From NCBI RefSeq assembly GCF_058153355.1, contig NZ_CM177019.1: a stretch of DNA of 64,000 nt, one strand, 5' to 3'. The notes below the pieces were generated by a model that was not told the origin of the DNA, did no database searches, and saw only the letters and a program-made list of their open reading frames with translations. A program made the position numbers and the translations under genes. Positions 49,160-58,074 of the stretch are shown here, piece by piece; positions within the stretch are counted from its first letter, which is position 1, and each line of letters opens with the position of its first letter.

Positions 49160-51418
49160 TCAAATCAATCCTGCCAGATGGAACTCTTCATATAACCGTT
49201 TTGGCGTCAGCGGCAGTGTATTGATTGCAACACCGGTAGCCATCTTCACTGCGTTACGAATAGCAGCGGCAACAGGAATTATGGGTGGCTCACCCAGTGA
49301 CTTATGTCCGTATGCGGATTGCGGCTCATTGATTTCGACGAACGCGCTTTCCAGTTGTGGCAGATCCGGCATGGTAGGCATTTTGTAATCCAGCAGATTG
49401 GGGTTACGGACCACGCCGCTTTTCGCATCGATGATCATTTCTTCAAATAGCGCCCAGCCAATGCCCATTCCCATTCCGCCGTGTACCTGACCTTCTGCCA
49501 GCAACGGATTAAGAATATGGCCCGAATCATGAACGTTGAGGATGCGGTTGATGGTGACTTTGCACAGCGCAATATCGACAGTCAGATCAACAAAGGTACA
49601 GCCAAACGCCGGTGGGTTAGTGGTGGTTTTGATGGAGCTTTCGGCAGAGAGCTGCCCGCCGCGTTCAGGGTGGTAGAAAGCGTCCATCGCCACATCTTTT
49701 AACGACATTAACGGCTCTTCCGGTCGTTCAACCAGCACGATATGGCCTTTTATCAGGGTAAGATTCATCGCTGACTGATGTAGCATGACAGCGGCGTGAG
49801 CGATGATTTTCTCCTTTAATAACAGTGCCGCACTGCGCAGCGCAGGCGCGGCAACATAGCTCTGGCGTGAGGCAAATGCACCGGGATCGAACGGCGTAAT
49901 GTCGGTATCTTGGGTTGAAATAACGCGAACGTCGCTGACCTGAACCCCCACGGTTTCTGCTACCATTTGCGAGAAGACAGTGTCGGCCCCCTGACCGATT
50001 TCCGTCGCGCCGCTTTGCACATTGATGGTTCCATCCTGATTCATCAGAAGGCGCGCGCCTGCTATTTCTACGCCGACAGGCCAGGTGTTAGAGGTGTAGC
50101 TAAAACAGGCGACGCCAACGCCGCGGCGTAAATTGCCTTGCTGGTTCTGGCATTCTGCACGGCGTTTTTCCCATTCAAATATTTTCCGGCCTTTTTCAAG
50201 ACACTCCGGTAACCCTGCGCTGTAAATACGTTTGCCCGTGAGCGGATTAGCATCTCCTTCGCGGGCGGCGTTGCGTAAACGAATTTCAATAGGATCAATA
50301 TTTAACGCTGTCGCGGCGTCATCAAGCATTGACTCAACGGCAAATACGACTTGTGGCGCGCCATAACCGCGCATCGCTCCAGCCGAGGGGAGGTTGGTAT
50401 AAAAGGTCTTTGAACTGTAAGCGTAGGCACAACGAGGATAAAGGTAAGCGACTTTATTCCCGCCCGCAGAAGCGATGGAGTGCCCGTGAGATGCATAAGC
50501 GCCGGTGTTAGACAGAACATCCAGACTATAACCTTTCAATGTTCCGTCGCGGTTCACGCCCATTTGCCCGTCAATAGTAAAAGCGTGGCGGGTACGGGTT
50601 GCGAGGAAACACTCTTCACGGCTAAGGGAAACTTTCACCGGAATGCCGCCGAGCTTGCTGGTCAGAAATGCCGCCATTGGCTCTTCCAGTACATCCTGTT
50701 TATTACCAAAACCGCCACCGACAAACGGTTTGATGACTCGTACGCATGACCAGGGAATATCCAGCGCCTGACCAACTACGCGGCGAACAATGTGCGGGAT
50801 CTGGGTGCTGGAAACGATGGTAATTCGAGAGTCATCCTCCATCCATGCCAGCGATGTCACGCTTTCCATATGACAATGTTGAATAACGGGAGTCTGATAG
50901 TGCCCCTGCACCTGGTAATCGGCGGCATCGATTGTTTGTTGGACATTACCCGTCGACATCGAGCTTTGTTTTAGTAAATTGCCGCCGTTATGGATTGGTG
51001 CAGCATCTTCTGCCAACGCCGCTTCTGGCGTGGTGATAACGGGTAATTCTTGCCACTCAATGCTGACCAATTGCGCCGCTTTTTCTGCCGTGAGTTCATC
51101 ACGGGCCACGACGATGGCAACGGCGTCACCATGATGACGAACATGGCGAGTTAGCAGTGCGCGATCGGCGGTATCGCGCTTGTTTTCGTCAAGTGTCCAG
51201 GCATGCCCAGCTGTAGCGAATGGGATATCAGGTACATCTTCCCAGGTAAAAATTGCCAGTACGCCTGGTAAACTTCTGGCTTGTTCATCATTAATACTTA
51301 CGGCATAACCATGTGCGATAGGGCTACGTACATATTTCGCGTAACACATGCCCGCCATAACATAATCGTCAGTATATCGTGCCCGCCCAGTGACCTTAGC
51401 AATGGCATCGACGCGCAT
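49160..51418 (-). CDS. xdhA: xanthine dehydrogenase molybdenum-binding subunit
   Basis: ORF 49160..51457; start assigned to the internal Met (MRVDAIAKVTGRARYTDDY...), 752 aa. Confidence 0.9.
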   Translation of the reverse strand: MRVDAIAKVTGRARYTDDYVMAGMCYAKYVRSPIAHGYAVSINDEQARSLPGVLAIFTWEDVPDIPFATAGHAWTLDENKRDTADRALLTRHVRHHGDAVAIVVARDELTAEKAAQLVSIEWQELPVITTPEAALAEDAAPIHNGGNLLKQSSMSTGNVQQTIDAADYQVQGHYQTPVIQHCHMESVTSLAWMEDDSRITIVSSTQIPHIVRRVVGQALDIPWSCVRVIKPFVGGGFGNKQDVLEEPMAAFLTSKLGGIPVKVSLSREECFLATRTRHAFTIDGQMGVNRDGTLKGYSLDVLSNTGAYASHGHSIASAGGNKVAYLYPRCAYAYSSKTFYTNLPSAGAMRGYGAPQVVFAVESMLDDAATALNIDPIEIRLRNAAREGDANPLTGKRIYSAGLPECLEKGRKIFEWEKRRAECQNQQGNLRRGVGVACFSYTSNTWPVGVEIAGARLLMNQDGTINVQSGATEIGQGADTVFSQMVAETVGVQVSDVRVISTQDTDITPFDPGAFASRQSYVAAPALRSAALLLKEKIIAHAAVMLHQSAMNLTLIKGHIVLVERPEEPLMSLKDVAMDAFYHPERGGQLSAESSIKTTTNPPAFGCTFVDLTVDIALCKVTINRILNVHDSGHILNPLLAEGQVHGGMGMGIGWALFEEMIIDAKSGVVRNPNLLDYKMPTMPDLPQLESAFVEINEPQSAYGHKSLGEPPIIPVAAAIRNAVKMATGVAINTLPLTPKRLYEEFHLAGLI

Positions 51419-51872
51419 GCATGATTCACCCGTAGCGGTTGCTTCCCGCGCTTCCATAGAAATCCCCTCGATTTGAACATTTGGTTCTTATGGCAAAGAT
51501 TTAGTCTAAGCAGGCAAGATTTACGCCAGAAACGACGATAAACGTTAGGGGAGGAAGGAAGTGTGATGACGTTAAAAAAATACAGATACGATACGAAACA
51601 GGACTTTGAATAGGGACAGTGATACGTATCAATATGAGTGGCGATAAAATCAATGTGATAAATTAGGATTATTACGCATCAGGATGGGAAATAGGGTAAA
51701 AGAGTCAGGAACTTCGATACCACCACAGCAAATATTTTGCTTATGATACTTCCCTTTGCCAAATGAAATTAATCTCTTTCTCAATTACCTCGTTTTTCCA
51801 GAAGCGAGAGATTGGGTATCAAGAGGCTGGCTGCTATGATATGGCGTCTTGTTTTTTAAGCGAGGAAAGATT

Positions 51873-52628
51873 TTGAGTGCGGGACGCCTGAATAAAAAAT
51901 CTCTGGGTATCGTGATGTTGTTATCGATTGGACTGCTTTTGGCGGGCTGTTCGGGTTGCAAATCATCCGATACAGGAACGTATTCCGGCTCCGTTTACAC
52001 CGTGAAACGGGGGGATACGCTATATCGTATTTCGCGCACCACGGGAACCAGCGTAAAAGAACTTGCGCGACTGAACGGCATTTCACCCCCTTACACCATT
52101 GAAGTTGGTCAGAAACTAAAACTGGGTGGGGCGAAAAATAGCAGTAGTACACGTAAAGCAACCGCCAAATCAACGACCAAAACCGCATCGGTTACACCGT
52201 CATCAGCGGTACCGAAATCTTCCTGGCCGCCAGTAGGGCAACGTTGTTGGTTATGGCCAACGACAGGGAAAGTTATCATGCCGTATTCGACAGCTGATGG
52301 CGGCAATAAAGGGATTGATATCTCTGCTCCACGGGGTACACCTATTTACGCCGCGGGTGCAGGAAAGGTGGTGTATGTGGGCAACCAGCTGCGTGGCTAC
52401 GGTAATCTCATCATGATTAAACACAGTGAAGATTACATTACGGCTTACGCCCATAATGACACGATGCTGGTAAATAATGGGCAAAGCGTGAAGGCTGGGC
52501 AAAAAATCGCCACTATGGGGAGCACTGATGCGGCATCGGTTCGCCTGCATTTCCAGATTCGTTACCGTGCAACGGCAATTGATCCGCTACGTTACTTGCC
52601 GCCTCAGGGCAGCAAGCCAAAATGCTGA
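51873..52628 (+). CDS. ygeR: LysM/M23-peptidase-domain lipoprotein YgeR
   Basis: ORF 51849..52628; likely TTG start at 51873 (MSAGRLNKKSLGIVMLL...LLAGCSG lipobox), LysM plus LytM domains; start codon uncertain. Confidence 0.8.
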   Translation: MSAGRLNKKSLGIVMLLSIGLLLAGCSGCKSSDTGTYSGSVYTVKRGDTLYRISRTTGTSVKELARLNGISPPYTIEVGQKLKLGGAKNSSSTRKATAKSTTKTASVTPSSAVPKSSWPPVGQRCWLWPTTGKVIMPYSTADGGNKGIDISAPRGTPIYAAGAGKVVYVGNQLRGYGNLIMIKHSEDYITAYAHNDTMLVNNGQSVKAGQKIATMGSTDAASVRLHFQIRYRATAIDPLRYLPPQGSKPKC

Positions 52629-52706
52629 TGGCGAATTAATCAGCAGTCAGCAGCGCGGCACTTGCTAAGGAGAGCGTAAGGTTTATAATGCCTTACGCAT
52701 CTCGAA

Positions 52707-52780
52707 GCGGGCGTAGTTCAATGGTAGAACGAGAGCTTCCCAAGCTCTATACGAGGGTTCGATTCCCTTCGTCCGCTCCA
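52707..52780 (+). tRNA. glyU: tRNA-Gly (anticodon CCC)
   Basis: 74-nt sequence gcgggcgtagttcaatggtagaacgagagcttcccaagctctatacgagggttcgattcccttcgtccgctcca with cloverleaf arms and encoded CCA; the island starts immediately 3' of it. Confidence 0.92.
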
Positions 52781-52944
52781 AACAAACATTTCTCAACGTC
52801 TACTAAAGTCCATCAAACCCACGAGTATCAAGCCTTCCAGCCATTTTCATAGTTTATTAACGTCTACTCACAACTACCAGAATCTACACACAGAAGTGTA
52901 TAGTAATGCGTATAGGACAAAATTTATTTTTTGGAGCTATACAC

Positions 52945-54309
52945 ATGCTGCTTTCAGACCTTGCCATCAGGCGCGCGAAGCCGAAAGAAAAGGCTTATAC
53001 ACTCAATGACGGTAACGGGCTTTCGTTGCTCATTGAGCCGAACGGTTCGAAAGGGTGGCGACTGCGCTACAGGTTTGCAGGAAAGCCCAAAATGTTGTCG
53101 TTGGGTGTGTACCCTGATGTGTCTCTGTCTGATGCCAGGGCGGCAAGGGATGAGGCTAAAAGGCTTCTTGCTGGTGGTATAAATCCAAGTGAGGCCAGAA
53201 AAGCCCAAAAGCGAGAACAGGCGAGCAAATTTGGCAATACTTTTGAGGGTATCGCTCGCGAATGGTACGAAAAGCGGATCGACAGGTGGTCATCGTCATA
53301 CGCCGAGGAAATGATCGAGACGTTTGAAAAAGACGTTTTTCCGTACATTGGCGGTAGGCCGATCGCAGAAATTAAGCCGATGGAATTGCTGGCGGTTCTT
53401 TCCCGTCTTAATGACCGTGGTGCGACTGAAAAATTGCGTAAGGTTCGCCAGCGATGTGGCGAGGTGTTCCGGTACGCAATCATCACCGGACGCGCCGAAT
53501 ATAATCCAGCCCCTGACCTGGTGAGCGCATTTGCTCCACATAAAAAAGAGCATTACGCCTGTTTGAAGGCCGATGAACTGCCGGAATTTTTCCGCGTTTT
53601 TAATACGTACACCGGAAGCCAGATCGTCAAACTGGCAATGCGGCTATTAATTCTGACAGGTGTCAGACCCGGGGAATTACGGCAGGCAGAATGGCGGGAG
53701 ATCGATTTTGATAATCGTTTGTGGGAAGTGCCTAAAGAACGAATGAAGATGCGCCGTCCGCATTGCGTGCCATTACCAGAACAGGCGATAAAAATACTGG
53801 AGCAGTTAAAAAACATGACAGGTCAGTATCAGTTTATTTTCCCCGGTCGTATTCACCACAGTAAACCAATGAGTGAAATGGCAATGAATGTGCTCATTCG
53901 TCGTATTGGCTACGCCGGGCGCGTTACTGGTCATGGATTCCGGCACACCATGAGCACCATTTTGCATGAGCAGGGCTATAACACCGCGTGGATAGAGACA
54001 CAGCTTGCGCACGCCGATAAAAACTCAATTCGTGGCACATACAACCATGCGCAATATCTGGATGGCAGACGCGAAATGCTCCAGTGGTATGCCGACTATA
54101 TGGATTCGCTCGAGCATGGCGGAAATGTGGTGCATGGTGAGTTCGGAAAATGCGGGGGACTGGTTGAGTATACAGTAGTAGACTTTGAGCGACTAAAAAC
54201 GGCTGTGTCTAGGGTCGCTCCTGAAAACCCGTACACCTCTGCGGGCTGGCACAGCCACTATGGTAGAGGGCGCGAGGTGACGCGTGATCGATATTGCCGA
54301 ATTACTTAA
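52945..54309 (+). CDS. int: tyrosine-type site-specific integrase, P4-like (tRNA-associated)
   Basis: ORF 52906..54309; start assigned to ATG 52945 with GGAG 8 nt upstream (MLLSDLAIRRAKPKEKAYTLNDGNGLSLLIEPNGSKGWRLRYRF...); C-terminal catalytic residues (HGFRHTMST, Y in GTYNHAQY). Confidence 0.9.
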   Translation: MLLSDLAIRRAKPKEKAYTLNDGNGLSLLIEPNGSKGWRLRYRFAGKPKMLSLGVYPDVSLSDARAARDEAKRLLAGGINPSEARKAQKREQASKFGNTFEGIAREWYEKRIDRWSSSYAEEMIETFEKDVFPYIGGRPIAEIKPMELLAVLSRLNDRGATEKLRKVRQRCGEVFRYAIITGRAEYNPAPDLVSAFAPHKKEHYACLKADELPEFFRVFNTYTGSQIVKLAMRLLILTGVRPGELRQAEWREIDFDNRLWEVPKERMKMRRPHCVPLPEQAIKILEQLKNMTGQYQFIFPGRIHHSKPMSEMAMNVLIRRIGYAGRVTGHGFRHTMSTILHEQGYNTAWIETQLAHADKNSIRGTYNHAQYLDGRREMLQWYADYMDSLEHGGNVVHGEFGKCGGLVEYTVVDFERLKTAVSRVAPENPYTSAGWHSHYGRGREVTRDRYCRIT

Positions 54310-54604
54310 CGCAGAAAAGAATAATTTCATTAGCCTGAGAGAGTTAATAGAGCGTATTAAATTATCTCAACCGAAAGCTACTACATCCCAGATAGTAAGT
54401 TTTCTTTATCAGACGCGGCAGAAATTACCCGAATGGGTTAAGTGGGATGAAATGATGGGCATTGAGCAAACATCGGAGAATCCTTTTGATGGGGATTGGT
54501 CTTTATCAGAGGTTCTTGAAGGCATTTTAAGACTAGGCTTTGTGCCAGAGGTTGAAGATTCTGTACCCCTCGCTATCGATGATAGCGACGATATTCCGTA
54601 TTGA
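54284..54604 (+). CDS. hypothetical protein (106 aa, AT-rich gene; GTG start, overlaps int 3' end)
   Basis: ORF with SD-like gagg upstream of GTG 54284; no recognisable domain; start uncertain. Confidence 0.45.
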   Translation: MIDIAELLNAEKNNFISLRELIERIKLSQPKATTSQIVSFLYQTRQKLPEWVKWDEMMGIEQTSENPFDGDWSLSEVLEGILRLGFVPEVEDSVPLAIDDSDDIPY

Positions 54605-54623
54605 TGAAGACTTAAGGTGAATT

Positions 54624-55067
54624 ATGGCAGATGAAGTTTATTTGGCTCGTGCTTGTGATAAGTATGGTTTTCGTCGAGCAGAGCTTAAAGAATTTGCTGA
54701 AAAACTAGGGGTTAATTTATTTTCCCCAATGGATGAAATAACCCAGTCCATTCCTGAGGTTGCTGCTAGTGATTCTTTGAATAATGGGCCGACTGTTGAT
54801 GAATTACGTGCGGAAATTGCTTTACTTAAAGCGCGAATTGAAGAACTTGAAAGCGAACGACCAATTCTCTTAAATAAATACAGGGATAATGATCCGCTAT
54901 ATCTGGCTATCGAGATTAGAAACAGAGAGTGGGCCAATTACGACCCGGAGAATGATCGCGCCACCAGGGGAAACCAGGGCGCGATTACTACTGAGCTTGA
55001 AAAACGAGGTTTTACCTCCCGACAGGCCGCATCTATTGAGCTTGTCGCCTGTCCTATCAAACGATGA
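54624..55067 (+). CDS. hypothetical protein (147 aa, predicted coiled-coil segment)
   Basis: ATG with SD aaggtga 7 nt upstream; heptad-like VDELRAEIALLKARIEELESE; no recognisable domain. Confidence 0.55.
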   Translation: MADEVYLARACDKYGFRRAELKEFAEKLGVNLFSPMDEITQSIPEVAASDSLNNGPTVDELRAEIALLKARIEELESERPILLNKYRDNDPLYLAIEIRNREWANYDPENDRATRGNQGAITTELEKRGFTSRQAASIELVACPIKR

Positions 55068-55072
55068 AGCCT

Positions 55073-55219
55073 TACCCTAGAGGTATCTCATGTTTTGTTC
55101 GCGTCTCACCCTAAGGGTAATCAGACCTCACCCTTAGGGTATTTTTGTATGCTTTCCCATCAATTTTACTATTACCCTTAGGGTAAAAATATTCCCGATT
55201 ACCATTAGGCCTGAGGGTA
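55073..55219. promoter_or_regulatory. array of palindromic operator-like sites (consensus ACCCTwAGGGT) upstream of alpA
   Basis: Sites at 55073-55085 (taccctagaggta, imperfect), 55109-55119 (accctaagggt), 55130-55140 (acccttagggt), 55174-55184 (acccttagggt) and a half-site gagggta at 55213-55219. Confidence 0.6.
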
Positions 55220-55287
55220 TGAAAATATTCGTTATTTCTGTGCCATGATTACCTCGTCAAATTGAGTAGACGTTATGAGGTAAATAT

Positions 55288-55485
55288 ATGTCAAATACGC
55301 TTATTCGTTTAACGGAAGTTCAGCGTAGAACTGGATATAGCAAGGCATGGATTTATCGCCTTATGGGGCAAGGTAAATTTCCTGCATCAGTTAAAATTGG
55401 CTCGCGAGCTATTGCTTTCGTTGAGAGTGAAATTGACGAGTGGATTAATCAGCGTATTGCTGAATCACGCGGAACAGCTACCTGA
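55288..55485 (+). CDS. alpA: AlpA-family phage/island transcriptional regulator (excisionase-like HTH)
   Basis: 65-aa ORF MSNTLIRLTEVQRRTGYSKAWIYRLMGQGKFPASVKIGSRAIAFVESEIDEWI..., strong SD gaggtaaa. Confidence 0.85.
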   Translation: MSNTLIRLTEVQRRTGYSKAWIYRLMGQGKFPASVKIGSRAIAFVESEIDEWINQRIAESRGTAT

Positions 55486-55563
55486 TTAAATGGCTACGGG
55501 GCCAGAAGCCCCAGCTATCCACCAGCAAATAAAAAGTAACTTAATTCGATAGCAGGAGTTTTT

Positions 55564-56364
55564 ATGAAATTTCCAAAAACGCCCATACAGGGGCAGGGCT
55601 TCGTTCGGCTTGAAAACCAGAATCTGCAAAATTTTGGCAAAATTATCCCGGTTATTTCCGGCGTTATTGGCGGGCGTGAAACCAATATTGTTAGCGCCAG
55701 AGCGTTGCATAAGGCGCTCGGGGTAGGCCGTGATTTCACAACCTGGATTAAAGTACGCATTGATGAGTACGGATTTAAAAAGGGCGTGGATTTTGAATTC
55801 GTAGAAAATTTGACCTCCCCCAATCCGGTGAGCGCAAAATCTCGCCAACGTATAGAGCACGACTACCTGAGCACTATCAACATGGCGAAAGAACTGGCGA
55901 TGGTCGAACGCACCGAACAGGGCCGCGCCGTTCGTCAGTATTTCATCAAATGCGAGGAGGAGCTACACAAGGTAGCGCCTGTGCGTTCCGCAGCGTTACG
56001 CCGGGAACTGAAAGCCCGTATCACTGTTGCCAGCTACTTTAAGCCAATGTGCGCCGCGCTGGAGGCGTACCGGGCAGAACTGGGTAAAAACACTCTACAG
56101 CACCACTACACCACGGAAGCTAATATGCTGGCGCGTATCGTGCTGGGTGGCATGACTGCAAAACAGTGGGCACTGGCGAACGGCATCACAAGCGAACCAC
56201 GCGACCACATGAGCACGTTGCAGCTTGAGCACCTTTCTTACCTTGAGCAGAGCAATATCACGCTGATTGAGTTAGGCCAGGACTACCACCAGCGGAAAGC
56301 TGAATTAATTCGTCTTTCGCAGCGCTGGTTAGCCCGTCGCATGGAGGAAAACAACCATGTGTAA
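55564..56364 (+). CDS. phage antirepressor-like protein (AntA/KilAC-type domains)
   Basis: 266-aa ORF with SD aggag; N-terminal region resembles AntA/Bro-type antirepressor domain; assignment by recall, moderate confidence. Confidence 0.6.
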   Translation: MKFPKTPIQGQGFVRLENQNLQNFGKIIPVISGVIGGRETNIVSARALHKALGVGRDFTTWIKVRIDEYGFKKGVDFEFVENLTSPNPVSAKSRQRIEHDYLSTINMAKELAMVERTEQGRAVRQYFIKCEEELHKVAPVRSAALRRELKARITVASYFKPMCAALEAYRAELGKNTLQHHYTTEANMLARIVLGGMTAKQWALANGITSEPRDHMSTLQLEHLSYLEQSNITLIELGQDYHQRKAELIRLSQRWLARRMEENNHV

Positions 56365-57018
56365 CGCTCTGACCGTTACAAAAAGAGAAAGCGCCCCGTT
56401 GCCGGAGCGCCTTTGTGAACGAATAGCCTACTGCGCCATATTGCTTACTGTCTACGAGGCAGATTATAGCGTTGTGGTCGCACAGAGTGAAGGCACTGAT
56501 CACCGTTACTACAGCACGCCAGAAATGCAGAATATTTTGCTGCAAAATGCCGCTGGCCACGCTGTCCGGAAAGCAAAAAATTTTGCTGGTGGCGCGACTG
56601 ATACGATTTTTTCTGGTCGCCAGGTGCTGATCAATCTGATGTCTGATTTCGTTCTGGATAAAACAAAGGCGACCGCAGAGGGCCACCAGTGGGAAAGCTA
56701 CACACTTGAACACATCGCCAACAATGCCAGATTTGCGGCTGGTGGGCAATGTGATCAGTGTGTTGGCTTGCTGGTGGGCTGTTCGTCTGGTTCAGTCCGT
56801 TGCCATGCATGGAGTGAACGCATTTTCCAGGAATACTCTTTGAGGTACTTCTCAAGAGCAAACGCACACGGGGCGAATCTCTCCGGTTCATGTTCGTTTA
56901 CCGCATTTTTGCGTTGTTTTTTCCTGGATGAGGATAATTTCTTTAATGATTTGTCAGTCATCGTATATACCTGTAACCCTGTGCGCCACAGTTCACTGCA
57001 CCACGGCGCTGATGGTGA

Positions 57019-57198
57019 TTACTCTGATTCTTTGGCCTTGCGGCGCTGGCGGCGTTTGATCTCACCTTCAAGTGCCGAAACGATAAATTGTCCAGTGCTT
57101 TCGCCTTCTTCCTTTAAACTTTCTACAGCGTCAGCTATTGCATGGGGTACTCGTGCCTCAAGTTTTTTTGATTTTCCATTAACTGCTTTCGTTGCCAT
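57019..57198 (-). CDS. ribbon-helix-helix (CopG/Arc-like) DNA-binding protein
   Basis: 59 aa MATKAVNGKSKKLEARVPHAIADAVESLKEEGESTGQFIVSALEGEIKRRQRRKAKESE; beta-strand then two helices typical of RHH; SD aaggga upstream; divergent from the promoter at 57260-57288. Confidence 0.6.
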   Translation of the reverse strand: MATKAVNGKSKKLEARVPHAIADAVESLKEEGESTGQFIVSALEGEIKRRQRRKAKESE

Positions 57199-57219
57199 AT
57201 CTGATTCCCTTGTTATTAG

Positions 57220-57299
57220 GTGGCTGACAGTATACACACAAGAAAATGGAAAAACACTATTGACGTGGCTGACACCTGTTACTAGTATAGTGGCTGACA
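57220..57299 (+). promoter_or_regulatory. near-consensus sigma70 promoter (TTGACG-17 bp-TAGTAT) overlapped by three direct repeats GTGGCTGACA
   Basis: -35 ttgacg 57260-57265, -10 tagtat 57283-57288; direct repeats at 57220-57229, 57265-57274 and 57290-57299. Confidence 0.6.
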
Positions 57300-57562
57300 C
57301 CTTTATTAAGGTAATCGATGAAAAGACAAAGCCCGCAGGCGCTACCAACACCAACGGGCTTCTAACCACCAACGATAGAAAGCGTATCGAGGTAGCTATG
57401 TTAAATCATACCACACACCCGCAAGGGCGGGACTCGCACAACCTGAATAAAGCGGGGGTAAAAAACCAGTTGATCGCCACTGCCAGCCAGGGCTATGATT
57501 TATCTGCACCAGCAAAATCTGGTGCCCGGATTGGCGTCCTGAAAATTCTGAAGGCGACATAT

Positions 57563-57584
57563 GACGCGCCGAGCGTCTTTTTTT
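57563..57584 (+). terminator. intrinsic terminator-like hairpin plus T-run inside the leader downstream of the promoter
   Basis: gacgcgccgagcgtc (5-bp stem) followed by ttttttt. Confidence 0.45.
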
Positions 57585-57787
57585 ATGTCGTAGGTCTGAC
57601 TCACCCATTTTTTGGGCGTTGGTGTATAATCCAGCGCCTTTGTCAATCAATGGTGGCTCAGGCGGGGGCTTCTTCGGAAGCGCCGGTATCCTTCAGAGCC
57701 GGTTACGCCAACCCTGTCTGGGCTACCACCAGCGAAATTGGCGTTTCCGGTGGTAGCGTAACCTGCTATCTGAAGGAGGCTGCCGAC

Positions 57788-57976
57788 ATGGCTACTACCC
57801 CTACCCTTGTACATTCTCAAACCGTCTTTCTCTGGCGCTTTATCGCCCTGAGCACAGCACAACCGCGCGTGATTCACATCGTGGCCACCAGCGAACAGGA
57901 AGCCCGCCAGCAATCTCCGGCTGGCTGCGTGATGGTATTCGCCGCCCGTATTCGTCAGGAGGTGGGCCATGATTAA
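57788..57976 (+). CDS. small hypothetical protein (62 aa) of the island early operon
   Basis: ATG 57788 preceded by SD gaaggagg; stop overlaps the next start (atgattaa). Confidence 0.55.
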   Translation: MATTPTLVHSQTVFLWRFIALSTAQPRVIHIVATSEQEARQQSPAGCVMVFAARIRQEVGHD

Positions 57977-58074
57977 TCTGTCACTTACCGACCTTAACCG
58001 TAAGCGTCTTATCAGGACCGTCTGGCAAATTCCCGATGCTTTGGACAAAGTATCCACCACTAAATTAATAGTGG

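Noticed and set aside
56357-57976. 539-aa ORF read as a single protein
   Set aside because: It spans a near-consensus promoter, an opposite-strand RHH gene with its own RBS, and a leader with a terminator, and its translation is low-complexity; only the terminal 62-aa part (57788-57976) has its own strong RBS. Treated as an unresolved region instead.
57396-58060. Minus-strand ORFs of 84 and 137 aa in the leader region
   Set aside because: Overlap the plus-strand small ORF and leader, have no RBS, and are arginine/serine-rich in a way typical of out-of-frame translation.
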